The translations under genes and the position numbers were made by a program. The notes beneath the pieces were generated by a model. That model was given only the letters and a program-made list of their open reading frames with translations, was not told the DNA's origin and did no database searches. Source: Burkholderiales bacterium (GTDB taxonomy: Bacteria > Pseudomonadota > Gammaproteobacteria > Burkholderiales > Ga0077523). From it: DNA of 64,000 nt. This document shows, one piece after another, positions 26,815-36,459 of the stretch (position 1 is the first letter of the stretch; each line of letters begins with the position of its first letter). The DNA is taken from NCBI GenBank assembly GCA_965279325.1, contig OZ257154.1, positions 3,521,340-3,585,339 on the forward strand. The letters are read 5' to 3'.

Positions 26815-28782
26815 ATGGGATTTCGATCCGGCACGGCGCTGACCGCGGCATTGTCCATCGTCCCACTGATCGGACTGGCGGAGAGCGATCTCGCTTCCCC
26901 CAAGGTCGTCGTCACCGCCAACCGTTTCGAACAGAGCCCGGAGCAGACTCCGATCGGCGTGACGGTCATCACCGCGGAGCAGATTCGCGACAGCGGTGCC
27001 CGGACCATGCCCGAAGTATTGGCCCGGGAGGTCGGGTTCACCGTCCGCGACAATTCCGGTAGTCCGAACCGGCAGATCGACCTGCGTGGTTTCGGCGTCA
27101 CCGGCGACCAGAACACGCTGATCCTGGTAAACGGCCAGCGCATCTCGGAGAACGAACTCACCCCGGCCGACCTCGCGTCGATATCGCTCGCCACGGTCGA
27201 GCGGGTCGAGGTGCTGCGCTCGAGCGGCGCCGTGCTGTATGGCGGCGGGGCCACCGGCGGCACGGTGAACATCATCACGCGTGGCCCGCGACCTCGTGAA
27301 AGGTCGGCACAGGTCGCGGCCACGGTGGGGTCTTATGACACTTATGGCGTTTCAGCGGGCGTCAACCTTGGCCTCGAGCGCTGGGGTGCGACGCTGAATG
27401 CCGCTCGCCTGTCGTCGGACAACTACCGCCGCAACAACGCGCTGCGGCAGGAGAACGTATCCGGTGACCTGACCTGGTTCGGTGACCGCGGTCCGGTGTC
27501 GTTCAAGTTCTCGGCTGGATCGCAGGAACTCGGGCTCCCCGGGGCTCGCACCGAAGCGCAGCTGGAAACCGACCGGCGCGGCGCGACCAATCCGAACGAC
27601 TCATCTTCGCTGGACGACACGCGGGTGACGCTCGGAACCACGCAGCGGTTCGATGCCATGGAACTGGCCGTGGACGTCACCCATCGCGAGCGCCGCTCGA
27701 ACACGTTCCAGTTCGGCGGTACCAACGACATCAACGGGCGCGTGACCGGCCTGTCGCCGCGCGTTCGCATTCCCTTCACGCTCGGGCCGGTCGTGAATAG
27801 CCTCGTGCTCGGCGGCGACTGGGAGCAGTGGAACTTCAACAACCAGATTTCCTCTTTCAACTACTTCGGTACCTCGAAGCAGGACAACAGTGCCCTGTAT
27901 TTCCAGGACACCATCGAATTCCCGACCCGGACGATCGTGAGCCTCGGGGCGCGCAAGCAGTGGGTCGATACGTCGCTGACCGAGACCCAGACGACGGAGC
28001 AGCGTCGCACCGTTCCCGCCACCGAACTCGCGCTGCGGCAGGCCATCGGCGAGGCCTGGTCCGTGTACGGCAAGTTCGGTCGCAGCTTCCGCCTGCCGGT
28101 CGTGGACGAGATCCGCAGCTTCGGTTTCGGATTGCCCAACCTGCTCGAACCGCAAACCTCGCGCGATCGCGAGGTCGGCGTTCAGTATGCGGAGGAAGGC
28201 CGGCGTGCTCGGTTGGCCGCCTTCCAGTCGCGGCTCGAGAACGAGATCATGTTCGTCCCGTTCGCGGTCAGCCCCTTCTCCGGGCAGAACGTGAATCTCC
28301 CACCCACCCGGCGCACGGGCATCGAGGTCGACGCCGCCGCGACGTTCTTCCAGCGCTGGGAGTTCGGCGTCCGATACGCGTACACGGAAGCGGAGTTCCG
28401 GTCCGGTACGTTCTCCGGCATCGACGTCACCGGCAACGAGATCCCGCTTGTGCCCCGGCACAAGGCCGGCTTCTCGCTCGCCTGGCGGCCCACCACGGCG
28501 TGGCGCCTCGGCGCGGATGTGAACTACATCGGCGAGCAGCGGTACGACGGCGACCAGGCCAACACCTTCGACCGCATGATGCCGAGCTACACCGTGCTCG
28601 ACCTCAACGCGGCCTGGACCCACGGGCCGTTGACCCTGCGGGCGGCGATCCTCAATGTCACCGGCGAGAAGTACTATTCCTACGCCATTCTCGACACGTT
28701 CACGCCGGGCAACGCGTTCAACGCCTACCCGGCTCCCGAACGGACCCTGCTGGTCACCGCGGAGCTGCGTTTCGGCCGCTGA
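26815..28782 (+). CDS. btuB: TonB-dependent receptor, BtuB-like (cobalamin/corrinoid uptake)
   Basis: ATG 26815 verified with GGGGGA upstream; signal peptide. TonB-box/plug VVVTANRFEQSPEQTP resembles E. coli BtuB. C-terminus ends ...AELRF-GR. Preceded by a B12 riboswitch. Confidence 0.8.
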   Translation: MGFRSGTALTAALSIVPLIGLAESDLASPKVVVTANRFEQSPEQTPIGVTVITAEQIRDSGARTMPEVLAREVGFTVRDNSGSPNRQIDLRGFGVTGDQNTLILVNGQRISENELTPADLASISLATVERVEVLRSSGAVLYGGGATGGTVNIITRGPRPRERSAQVAATVGSYDTYGVSAGVNLGLERWGATLNAARLSSDNYRRNNALRQENVSGDLTWFGDRGPVSFKFSAGSQELGLPGARTEAQLETDRRGATNPNDSSSLDDTRVTLGTTQRFDAMELAVDVTHRERRSNTFQFGGTNDINGRVTGLSPRVRIPFTLGPVVNSLVLGGDWEQWNFNNQISSFNYFGTSKQDNSALYFQDTIEFPTRTIVSLGARKQWVDTSLTETQTTEQRRTVPATELALRQAIGEAWSVYGKFGRSFRLPVVDEIRSFGFGLPNLLEPQTSRDREVGVQYAEEGRRARLAAFQSRLENEIMFVPFAVSPFSGQNVNLPPTRRTGIEVDAAATFFQRWEFGVRYAYTEAEFRSGTFSGIDVTGNEIPLVPRHKAGFSLAWRPTTAWRLGADVNYIGEQRYDGDQANTFDRMMPSYTVLDLNAAWTHGPLTLRAAILNVTGEKYYSYAILDTFTPGNAFNAYPAPERTLLVTAELRFGR

Positions 28783-28830
28783 TCAGCCCGCGGAATTGGG
28801 ACGGCGCAGCATCTCTGCTATCGTCGCCCC

Positions 28831-30660
28831 ATGTCGACGCTGACGAGCCGGCAGCTCTACCTCCGCCTCCTCTCTTATGTGAAGCCGCACTGGCGCGTGT
28901 TTCTCGCGTCGGTATTCGGCACCACGATCGCTGCGCTCACCGAGCCCGCGCTTCCGGCGATGATGAAGCCCTTGCTCGACGGCACCTTCGTCGACAAGGA
29001 CCCGTGGCTGATGACGTGGATGCCGGTGCTGCTGGTCGTCCTGTTCCTGGTGCGAGGCTCCGCCAACTTCGTCGAGAACTACTGCTCGAACTGGGTCGCG
29101 AGCCGCGTCGTGCTGGACCTGCGCGATGCGATGTTCCGCAAGCTGATGCGGCTCCCCGCCGGCTTCTACGACGAACAGGGCAGCGGCAACCTCGTGTCCA
29201 AGGTCACCTACGACGTCACGCAGGTCACCTCGGCCGCCACCTCGGCAGTCACCGTTTCCATCAAGGACAGCATCGCGATCCTCGGCTTGCTCAGCTGGCT
29301 GTTCTGGCTCAACTGGAAACTCACGCTGGTCACGCTCGTGGTCGCGCCGCTGATCACCGTCATCGTGCGCCTGTTCAGCCGGCGACTGCGGCGCGTGGGC
29401 CGAGAGGTGCAAGCCGCCATGGGCGACACGACCCAGGTGCTGCAGGAGGGCATCGACTGCCAGAAGGTGGTGAAGATCTTCGGTGGGGCGGAATACGAGA
29501 TCGCGCGCTTTCGGGACAGCGCCAACCGCGTGCGAAAGTTCACGATGAAGTACGCCGCCGCGGCCGCAGCCAACACGTCCATCGTTCAGCTCCTCGCGGC
29601 CATTGCACTCGCGTTCGTGATCATGATGGTCGGACGGCAATCGGCGGCCAACGAAACGACGGTGGGCGGCTTCGTCTCCTTCGTGGCGGCGATGCTCATG
29701 CTGCTGCAACCGTTGAAGCGCATCACCGGCGTCAACGAACAATTGCAAAAGGGCTTGGCCGCGGCCGAGAGCATCTTCGCGCTGCTCGACACCGAGCCCG
29801 AACCCGACACCGGGACCGTGACGCTGCCTCGGGCGCGCGGTGAACTGCGATTCGATCACGTGACGTTGAAGTACCCACGCGCCGAACGCTCCGCATTGAA
29901 CGACGTGTCGATCGACATCCGCGCCGGCGAGACGATCGCCCTGGTGGGACCTTCCGGCGGCGGCAAGACCACGTTCGCCAATCTCGTCCCGCGCTTCTAT
30001 CTGCCGACGGCGGGCCGCATCCTGCTCGACGGCCACGAACTCGGTACGCTGACGCTCGAAAGTCTGCGCGCGAATGTCGCCCTGGTGTCGCAGGACGTGG
30101 CGCTGTTCAACGATACCGTGGCAGCCAACATCGCCTATGGTGCGAAAGCGGATGCGACGGAAGCGGAGATCATCGCCGCGGCGGAAGCCGCGAACGCGAT
30201 GGGCTTCATCCGCGAGATGCCGCAGGGGCTCCGGACGGTGGTCGGCGAGAATGGCGTGCGCCTGTCGGGCGGCCAGCGGCAGCGGCTCGCTATCGCCCGC
30301 ACGCTGCTCAAGGATGCGCCGGTGCTGATTCTCGACGAGGCGACCTCCGCCCTCGATTCGGAATCGGAACGGCAGGTCCAGGCGGCGCTCGAGACGCTCA
30401 TGCGCAATCGCACCACGATCGTGATCGCCCACCGGCTCTCGACCATCGAGCGCGCGGACCGCATCGTCGTCCTGAACCAGGGCGAAGTGGCCGAGGTCGG
30501 CACGCATGCCGAGCTGCTGGCGAAGGACGGCATCTACGCGCGCCTGTATCGCATCCAGTTCGCGCGTACCGAATCGCCGGAAGCGAACGCATTGCCCGGC
30601 GTCGTGCCGCTGCCCGAACCCGAAGCGGAACTCGCAGTGAAAGCCCAGTCGCCTTACTGA
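28831..30660 (+). CDS. msbA: Lipid A export ABC transporter MsbA
   Basis: Six-TM domain plus ABC ATPase (GPSGGGKTT, LSGGQRQRLAIAR, ILDEATSALD) with an MsbA-like N-terminus. Confidence 0.8.
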   Translation: MSTLTSRQLYLRLLSYVKPHWRVFLASVFGTTIAALTEPALPAMMKPLLDGTFVDKDPWLMTWMPVLLVVLFLVRGSANFVENYCSNWVASRVVLDLRDAMFRKLMRLPAGFYDEQGSGNLVSKVTYDVTQVTSAATSAVTVSIKDSIAILGLLSWLFWLNWKLTLVTLVVAPLITVIVRLFSRRLRRVGREVQAAMGDTTQVLQEGIDCQKVVKIFGGAEYEIARFRDSANRVRKFTMKYAAAAAANTSIVQLLAAIALAFVIMMVGRQSAANETTVGGFVSFVAAMLMLLQPLKRITGVNEQLQKGLAAAESIFALLDTEPEPDTGTVTLPRARGELRFDHVTLKYPRAERSALNDVSIDIRAGETIALVGPSGGGKTTFANLVPRFYLPTAGRILLDGHELGTLTLESLRANVALVSQDVALFNDTVAANIAYGAKADATEAEIIAAAEAANAMGFIREMPQGLRTVVGENGVRLSGGQRQRLAIARTLLKDAPVLILDEATSALDSESERQVQAALETLMRNRTTIVIAHRLSTIERADRIVVLNQGEVAEVGTHAELLAKDGIYARLYRIQFARTESPEANALPGVVPLPEPEAELAVKAQSPY

Positions 30661-30661
30661 C

Positions 30662-31975
30662 CTACGCGAGCTCGATGCGCTTCACGTCGCCGAGCACGAA
30701 GAGGTAGGAGGCCGCGCCGATCAGTGCCACCGCGCCGACGTACGCAAGCGCGTAGTGGAACGATCCGGTCAGGCCTACGATGAGACCGATGACGATCGGC
30801 GTGATGATGCCCGCGAGATTGGCGGCGAAATTGAAGACGCCGCCGGTGAGCCCCATCAGGTTCTTCGGTGCGATGTCGGAGATCAGCGCCCAGCCCAGCC
30901 CCGTCATGCCCTGGGCGAAGAAGGCCGCGGACAGGATGGCGATCACGGCGACATCGCTGTCCACGTAGTTCGCGAGGATGATGGTCGACGCGCCGAGCAG
31001 GCCGGCGATGATCGGGAGCTTGCGCGCGATATTGGCGGAACCGGTCCGTTGCAACAGTGCGTCGGAAAGCCAGCCGCCGAACATCACGCCCACCGCGGCC
31101 GCGAGGAAGGGCATGACGGCGAAGAAGCCGATCTTGATCCAGCCCATGTGACGCTCGGTCGCGAGATACGTCGGGAACCAGGTGAGAAAGAAGACGAGCG
31201 TGGAATTGCCGCCGAACTGGCCGAGGCAGGCGCCCCAGATCTGCCGGAAGCCCAGCAGCTTGCGGACCCGGGACCACGAGAAGCCACTGGAGCCCGATGC
31301 TGATGGCGGCACCAGTCCGCCGCCCTGGGCGATGTAATCCAGTTCGGCGCGGTTCACCGTCGTGCTCTCGTGCGGCTCGCGGTACTTCGCCCACCAGACG
31401 AACGCGAACACCACGCCCGCGACACCGGTGACGATGAAGGGCGCGCGCCAGCCGTAGGCGCCCATCAGCCAGAACAGCGCGGGACTGAAACACGCGAGGC
31501 CGAGGTACTCGCCGACGGTATAGACGCCAGTAGCGCGCGCCCGCTCCTGCTGCGGGAACCAGGTGGTGACCACGCGGCTGTTGGTCGGAAAGCACGGCGC
31601 TTCCGCGAGCCCGAGTCCGAAGCGGAACGTGAGCAGCGAATACAGTCCGGTCGCGAAGCCCTGGAGGATCGTGAACACCGACCACAGGCCGACCGACAGA
31701 AAATAGGTCAGGCGTGCGCCGAACCGGTCGAGGAACACGCCGCCGGGAATCTGCGCGAATGCGTAGGTCCACGAGAAGGCCGAGAACACGAGCCCCATGA
31801 CCGCGGCCGACAGGCCGAGCTCACTCGTGAGGGAAGGTGCCGCGATGCCGAGCACGGTGCGATCGAGATAGTTGATCATCGTGCCGGTCGCCAGCAGTGC
31901 GAGCACGACGAAGCGGGCGCGGGTCCGGCGTACCACGGGAAGCGTGGTGGTGTCCAAGGAGGTGTTTGTCGTCAT
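30662..31975 (-). CDS. MFS transporter (anion:cation symporter / D-galactonate-like family)
   Basis: ATG at 31975 verified. MINYLDRTVLGIAAP and GLGLAEAPCFP motifs. The ORF-track extension to 32332 overlaps the upstream gene and is rejected. Confidence 0.8.
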   Translation of the reverse strand: MTTNTSLDTTTLPVVRRTRARFVVLALLATGTMINYLDRTVLGIAAPSLTSELGLSAAVMGLVFSAFSWTYAFAQIPGGVFLDRFGARLTYFLSVGLWSVFTILQGFATGLYSLLTFRFGLGLAEAPCFPTNSRVVTTWFPQQERARATGVYTVGEYLGLACFSPALFWLMGAYGWRAPFIVTGVAGVVFAFVWWAKYREPHESTTVNRAELDYIAQGGGLVPPSASGSSGFSWSRVRKLLGFRQIWGACLGQFGGNSTLVFFLTWFPTYLATERHMGWIKIGFFAVMPFLAAAVGVMFGGWLSDALLQRTGSANIARKLPIIAGLLGASTIILANYVDSDVAVIAILSAAFFAQGMTGLGWALISDIAPKNLMGLTGGVFNFAANLAGIITPIVIGLIVGLTGSFHYALAYVGAVALIGAASYLFVLGDVKRIELA

Positions 31976-31989
31976 GGACTGGAGAACCT

Positions 31990-32856
31990 TCAGGTGGCGC
32001 TCATGGCGGCGAAATGATCGAGCATGCGCTGTGGATCGGGTGCAGCGCCGGTGAACAAACGAAAGGCTTCGACCGCCTGGAACACGGCCATGCCGCCGCC
32101 GTCGAGCGTGCGGCAGCCGACACGCCGTGCAGTGCGCAGCAGCTCGGTCTCCAGCGGGAAGTACACGATCTCCGCGATCCAGAGCTCGGGGCGTAGCCAC
32201 TGCGCGGAGAGCGGCAGGCCGGGATGATTCGCCATGCCGGTGGGTGTCGCATGGATGAGGCCTTGTGCGTCCGCGACGACCGCTTCGAGGTCGTCGACGG
32301 CGATGGCCTTGCCCGCACCGAAGCGTCCGCAAAGATCCTGCGCCAGGCGACCTGCGCGGGCGCGATCCGTATCGAACACGCTCAGAACGCCGGCACCGAG
32401 CGTCAGGATCGCGTGTGCCACCGCTGCGCCTGCGCCGCCCGCACCGAGCAGCACGACGCGGTCGATGCGCGCATCGGGGAGCCCACGCCGAAAGCTCGCC
32501 GCGAAACCCGACCAGTCGGTGTTGTGGCCGATGCGCCGTCCATCCCGCAACAAGACGGTGTTCACTGCACCCAGCGCCCGGGCGTCGTCCGAGAGGTCCG
32601 TGAGCAGTGGAATGACGGCCTGCTTCAGCGGATGGGTGATGTTGAGTCCGGCGAATCCCATCAGCTCGGCGGCGGCGAGCAATTGCGGCAGCGCCTCCGG
32701 TCCGACGTGGAGCACTTCCAGGTCGATCAGGCGGTACCAGTACTTGAACCCATGCGCGGCCCCTTCACGTTCATGCAGCGCGGGCGATCGAGAAGCCTGG
32801 ATGCCGGCGCCGATCAAGCCGATGAGGAATTCGCGCGTTGGTGCAGGAGAAGCCAT
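31990..32856 (-). CDS. Shikimate/quinate dehydrogenase family protein
   Basis: LIGAGIQASRSPALHE...GLNITHPLKQ...NTDWSGF...LLGAGGAGAAVA are AroE/YdiB motifs. Confidence 0.8.
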   Translation of the reverse strand: MASPAPTREFLIGLIGAGIQASRSPALHEREGAAHGFKYWYRLIDLEVLHVGPEALPQLLAAAELMGFAGLNITHPLKQAVIPLLTDLSDDARALGAVNTVLLRDGRRIGHNTDWSGFAASFRRGLPDARIDRVVLLGAGGAGAAVAHAILTLGAGVLSVFDTDRARAGRLAQDLCGRFGAGKAIAVDDLEAVVADAQGLIHATPTGMANHPGLPLSAQWLRPELWIAEIVYFPLETELLRTARRVGCRTLDGGGMAVFQAVEAFRLFTGAAPDPQRMLDHFAAMSAT

Positions 32857-32868
32857 TCAACCGCTCGA

Positions 32869-32954
32869 AACACGAAGGACACGAAGGATCACGAAGGAAA
32901 CCCGACCCAGGCCTTCGAGCGCCTTCCTTCGTGTCCCTTCGTGCCCTTCGTGTT
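32869..32954. repeat. Long hairpin built from three CACGAAGGA units and their inverted copies
   Basis: AACACGAAGGACACGAAGGATCACGAAGGAAA ... loop ... TTCCTTCGTGTCCCTTCGTGCCCTTCGTGTT. Lies between the polA stop and the shikimate-DH start. Confidence 0.85.
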
Positions 32955-32984
32955 CCAAGCTTTTCCCGACCCGCGCTTCGCGCA

Positions 32985-35690
32985 TCAATGCGCCCGCTCC
33001 CAGTTCGGCCCTGCCCCCACGTCCACGACCAGCGGCACCGCGAGTTCCGCGACCCGTGTCATGTATCCGGGCAGTTCGCTCTTGACCCGCGTGAGTTCGG
33101 CGTCCGGCACCTCCAGCACCAGTTCGTCGTGCACCTGCATCACCAGTCGCGTGGCGAGCCGATCGGATTCGAGCCAGCGCTGCACTGCGATCATCGCGAG
33201 CTTGATGAGATCGGCCGCGGTTCCCTGCATCGGCGCGTTGATCGCCGCGCGTTCCGCGCCCTGGCGCCGGCCCTGGTTCTGCGCGCGGATCTCGGGCAGG
33301 TACAGCCGGCGGCCGAAGACCGTCTCCACGTAGCCTGAATCGCGCGCCGCATTGCGGGTGCGCTGCATGTAGTCGGCCACGCCCGGATAGCGCGCGAAGT
33401 AGCGTTCCATGTACTGCTGCGCGGCCGAGCGCTCGATGCCGAGCTGGGATGCGAGCCCGAAGGCCGACATCCCGTAGATCAGGCCGAAGTTGATCACCTT
33501 GGCGTAGCGACGCTGCTCCGAATTGACCTGATCCACCGGAACGCTGAAGACTTCGGCCGCAGTCGCACGGTGCACGTCCTCGCCTTCGGCGAAGGATTTC
33601 AAGAGCGATGCGTCACCCGACAGATGCGCCATGATGCGCAGCTCGATCTGTGAATAGTCGGCCGACACGATGTGCGACCCGGGCGGCGCGATGAAGGCTT
33701 CGCGGATGCGCCGGCCTTCGGCGGTGCGGACGGGAATGTTCTGCAGGTTCGGATCCGTGCTCGACAGGCGCCCCGTCACCGCAGTCGCCTGGCCGTAGTT
33801 GGTATGCACGCGGCCCGTGCTCGGATTCACCATGCGCGGCAGCTTGTCCGTGTAGGTGGACTTGAGCTTCGTCATGCCGCGCCATTCGAGGATGCGCTTG
33901 GGCAACGGATGGTCGAGCGCGAGTTGTTCGAGCACATCCTCGTCGGTGGAAGGCGCCCCGCTCGGCGTCTTCTTGATCACCGGAAGCTTGTGCTTGTCGA
34001 ACAGGATCTCCTGCAACTGCTTGGTCGAACCGAGGTTGAACGGCTGGCCCGCCAGCTCCTGGGCCTCGCGTTCCAGTTGCAGCATGCGCTCCCCCAGTTC
34101 CCGGCTCTGGACCTCCAGGAGGCGCGCGTCGATCAGAACGCCGTGCCGTTCCATGGCCAGCAGCACCGGCATCACGGGCATCTCGATGTCGCGGTACACC
34201 CGCTCGAGCGCCGGTTCCCGCTCGACCTGCGGGAACATCGCCTGATGCAGTTGCAGCGTGATGTCCGCGTCTTCGGCGGAATACTCGGTGGCGGTCTCCA
34301 CGCTCACCTGGTCGAAGCCGATCTGGCCCGCGCCCTTGCCCGCCACCTCTGCGAAGGTGATGGTCTTGACGCCGAGATGGCGCATCGCGAGCGAATCCAT
34401 GTCATGCGGCTTGTGGCTCTCGATCACGTAGGATTCGAGCAGCGTGTCGTGCACGATGCCGCCCAGCCGGATTCCATGATTCGCAAGCACGTGGGCATCG
34501 TATTTCGCGTTCTGCCCCAGTTTCGGCTTGGCTTCGTCCTCTATCCAGGGCTTCAGCCGCGCGAGCGTCGCATCGAAGTCGAGCTGGTCTGGCGTGCCTG
34601 GGTAGCGATGCGCGAGCGGCAGATAGGCGGCCTCGTGCGGCGTGGTCGCGAACGACAGGCCGACGATGCGAGCCGTCATCGGATCGAGGCTCGTGGTCTC
34701 GGTATCGAAGGCCACGAGAGGTGCTGCGTCGATCTTCGCCATCCAGCGATCGAGTGCTGCCGCATCGAGAATGCATTCGTAGTGACGCTCGGGCGGCGGA
34801 ACGTCGAGCGCCGGCACCGTCGAGGGCTGCGGATCGGCGGCGTTCGCGTCCTTCAGTTCGCGCAGCCAGCTCTTGAAGTCGAAGCGTTCGAAAAGTTGCG
34901 CGAGACGGTCCCGATCCTCGGGCTGTGCTGCCAGGTCCTCCGGCGTCACCGGCAGCTCGACGTCGCGTTTCACCGTCAACAGGCGGCGGCCGAGCGGCAG
35001 CCAGTCGAGCGCCTTGCGCAGGTTTTCGCCGACCGCACCGCCGATCTCGTCTGCCCTTGCCACGATCTCGTCGAGGCTGCCGTACTGTTGCAACCACTTC
35101 ACGGCGGTCTTGGGACCGACCTTCTCCACGCCTGGCACGTTGTCCACGCTGTCGCCCACCAGCGAGAAATAATCGACGATGCGCTCCGGCGGGACACCGA
35201 ACTTGGCCTCGACGCCCGGCACGTCGAGGGTTTCGTTCGACATCGTGTTGACCAGGGTGACGTGCGGCGTCACCAGCTGGGCGAGGTCCTTGTCGCCGGT
35301 GGAGACCACCGTGTTCATGCCGTGATCGACCGCGCGGACGGCGAGCGTTCCGATCACGTCGTCGGCCTCGACGCCGTCCACCATCAGCAGCGGCCAGCCG
35401 AGCGCGCGCACCAGTTCGTGGATCGGTTCGATCTGCCGCGCGAGGTCCTCGGGCATCGCTGCGCGGTTCGCCTTGTATTCCGGATACCAGTCGTCGCGAA
35501 AGGTCTTTCCTTTCGCGTCGAAAACGCAGGCGATATAATCCGCCGGAATCTCGCGACGCAGACGGCGCAGCATGTTTGCGACACCATAGACCGCGCCGGT
35601 CGGCTCTCCGGCCCGGTTTCTCAGGTCCGGCATCGCGTGGAACGCCCGGTAGAGATAGGACGAGCCGTCCACCAGCAGAAGCGTTTTCAC
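32985..35690 (-). CDS. polA: DNA polymerase I
   Basis: GTG at 35690 verified (VKTLLLVDGSSYLYRAFHA). 5'-nuclease, 3'-5' exonuclease and polymerase motifs present (DYSQIELRI, QVHDELV). Confidence 0.92.
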   Translation of the reverse strand: MKTLLLVDGSSYLYRAFHAMPDLRNRAGEPTGAVYGVANMLRRLRREIPADYIACVFDAKGKTFRDDWYPEYKANRAAMPEDLARQIEPIHELVRALGWPLLMVDGVEADDVIGTLAVRAVDHGMNTVVSTGDKDLAQLVTPHVTLVNTMSNETLDVPGVEAKFGVPPERIVDYFSLVGDSVDNVPGVEKVGPKTAVKWLQQYGSLDEIVARADEIGGAVGENLRKALDWLPLGRRLLTVKRDVELPVTPEDLAAQPEDRDRLAQLFERFDFKSWLRELKDANAADPQPSTVPALDVPPPERHYECILDAAALDRWMAKIDAAPLVAFDTETTSLDPMTARIVGLSFATTPHEAAYLPLAHRYPGTPDQLDFDATLARLKPWIEDEAKPKLGQNAKYDAHVLANHGIRLGGIVHDTLLESYVIESHKPHDMDSLAMRHLGVKTITFAEVAGKGAGQIGFDQVSVETATEYSAEDADITLQLHQAMFPQVEREPALERVYRDIEMPVMPVLLAMERHGVLIDARLLEVQSRELGERMLQLEREAQELAGQPFNLGSTKQLQEILFDKHKLPVIKKTPSGAPSTDEDVLEQLALDHPLPKRILEWRGMTKLKSTYTDKLPRMVNPSTGRVHTNYGQATAVTGRLSSTDPNLQNIPVRTAEGRRIREAFIAPPGSHIVSADYSQIELRIMAHLSGDASLLKSFAEGEDVHRATAAEVFSVPVDQVNSEQRRYAKVINFGLIYGMSAFGLASQLGIERSAAQQYMERYFARYPGVADYMQRTRNAARDSGYVETVFGRRLYLPEIRAQNQGRRQGAERAAINAPMQGTAADLIKLAMIAVQRWLESDRLATRLVMQVHDELVLEVPDAELTRVKSELPGYMTRVAELAVPLVVDVGAGPNWERAH

Positions 35691-35728
35691 GTGTTCGTTC
35701 GAATCACCGCTCGAGGAATGACCAGACC

Positions 35729-36457
35729 ATGACGATCGGGAACAAGATTCCTGTTCCGCTTGCGCCCGAGTTGCTGGAAAAAGCATGGTCGGCGCGCGAG
35801 TCGTGGCGGGTGTTCGCGATTATGGCAGAGTTCGTCGAGGCGACCGAGCGTCTGAGCACGGTACGCCCGGCGGTTTCGATCTTCGGCAGCGCACGCACGC
35901 CGCCCGATCATCCCTACTACGCGCTCGCGGAAGACATCGCGCGGCAACTCTCGGACGCCGGCTTCACGGTCATCTCCGGTGGCGGCCCGGGCATCATGGA
36001 GGCGGCCAACAAGGGCGCGTTCTACGGCCGTTCGCTCTCGGTCGGCCTCAACATCCAGTTGCCCCACGAGCAGGCGTCCAACCGCTACCAGGACATCAGC
36101 CAGACCTTCCGCCATTTCTTCGCGCGCAAGGTGATGTTCGTGAAGTTCGCGTCGGCCTACGTCGTGATGCCCGGCGGATTCGGCACCCTGGACGAGCTGA
36201 TGGAGGCGCTGACACTGGTGCAGACGCGCAAGACGCGTCGCATCCCCATCATCCTGGTGCAGTCGGCGTTCTGGAAGGGCATGCTCGACTGGTTCCGCAG
36301 CACGCTCGTGACCGAAGGCATGATCGACGCCGACGACATGGATCTCATCCAGGTCATCGACGAACCCGCGGCGGTGGTCCAGGCGATCTTCGATCACTAC
36401 GAGAAACGCGGCTTCGAGCCGTCCGCAGCCGAGCGCGAGGCTCTGCTTAACCTCTAG
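35729..36457 (+). CDS. LOG-family / TIGR00730 Rossmann-fold nucleotide-binding protein
   Basis: GGGPGIMEAANKGA and PGGFGTLDEL motifs. ATG 35729 verified. Confidence 0.8.
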   Translation: MTIGNKIPVPLAPELLEKAWSARESWRVFAIMAEFVEATERLSTVRPAVSIFGSARTPPDHPYYALAEDIARQLSDAGFTVISGGGPGIMEAANKGAFYGRSLSVGLNIQLPHEQASNRYQDISQTFRHFFARKVMFVKFASAYVVMPGGFGTLDELMEALTLVQTRKTRRIPIILVQSAFWKGMLDWFRSTLVTEGMIDADDMDLIQVIDEPAAVVQAIFDHYEKRGFEPSAAEREALLNL

Positions 36458-36459
36458 CG

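Noticed and set aside
30662-32332. Full 556-aa ORF for the MFS transporter.
   Set aside because: The upstream 119 codons overlap the shikimate-DH gene in another frame and are Arg-rich. The ATG at 31975 yields a normal MFS N-terminus.
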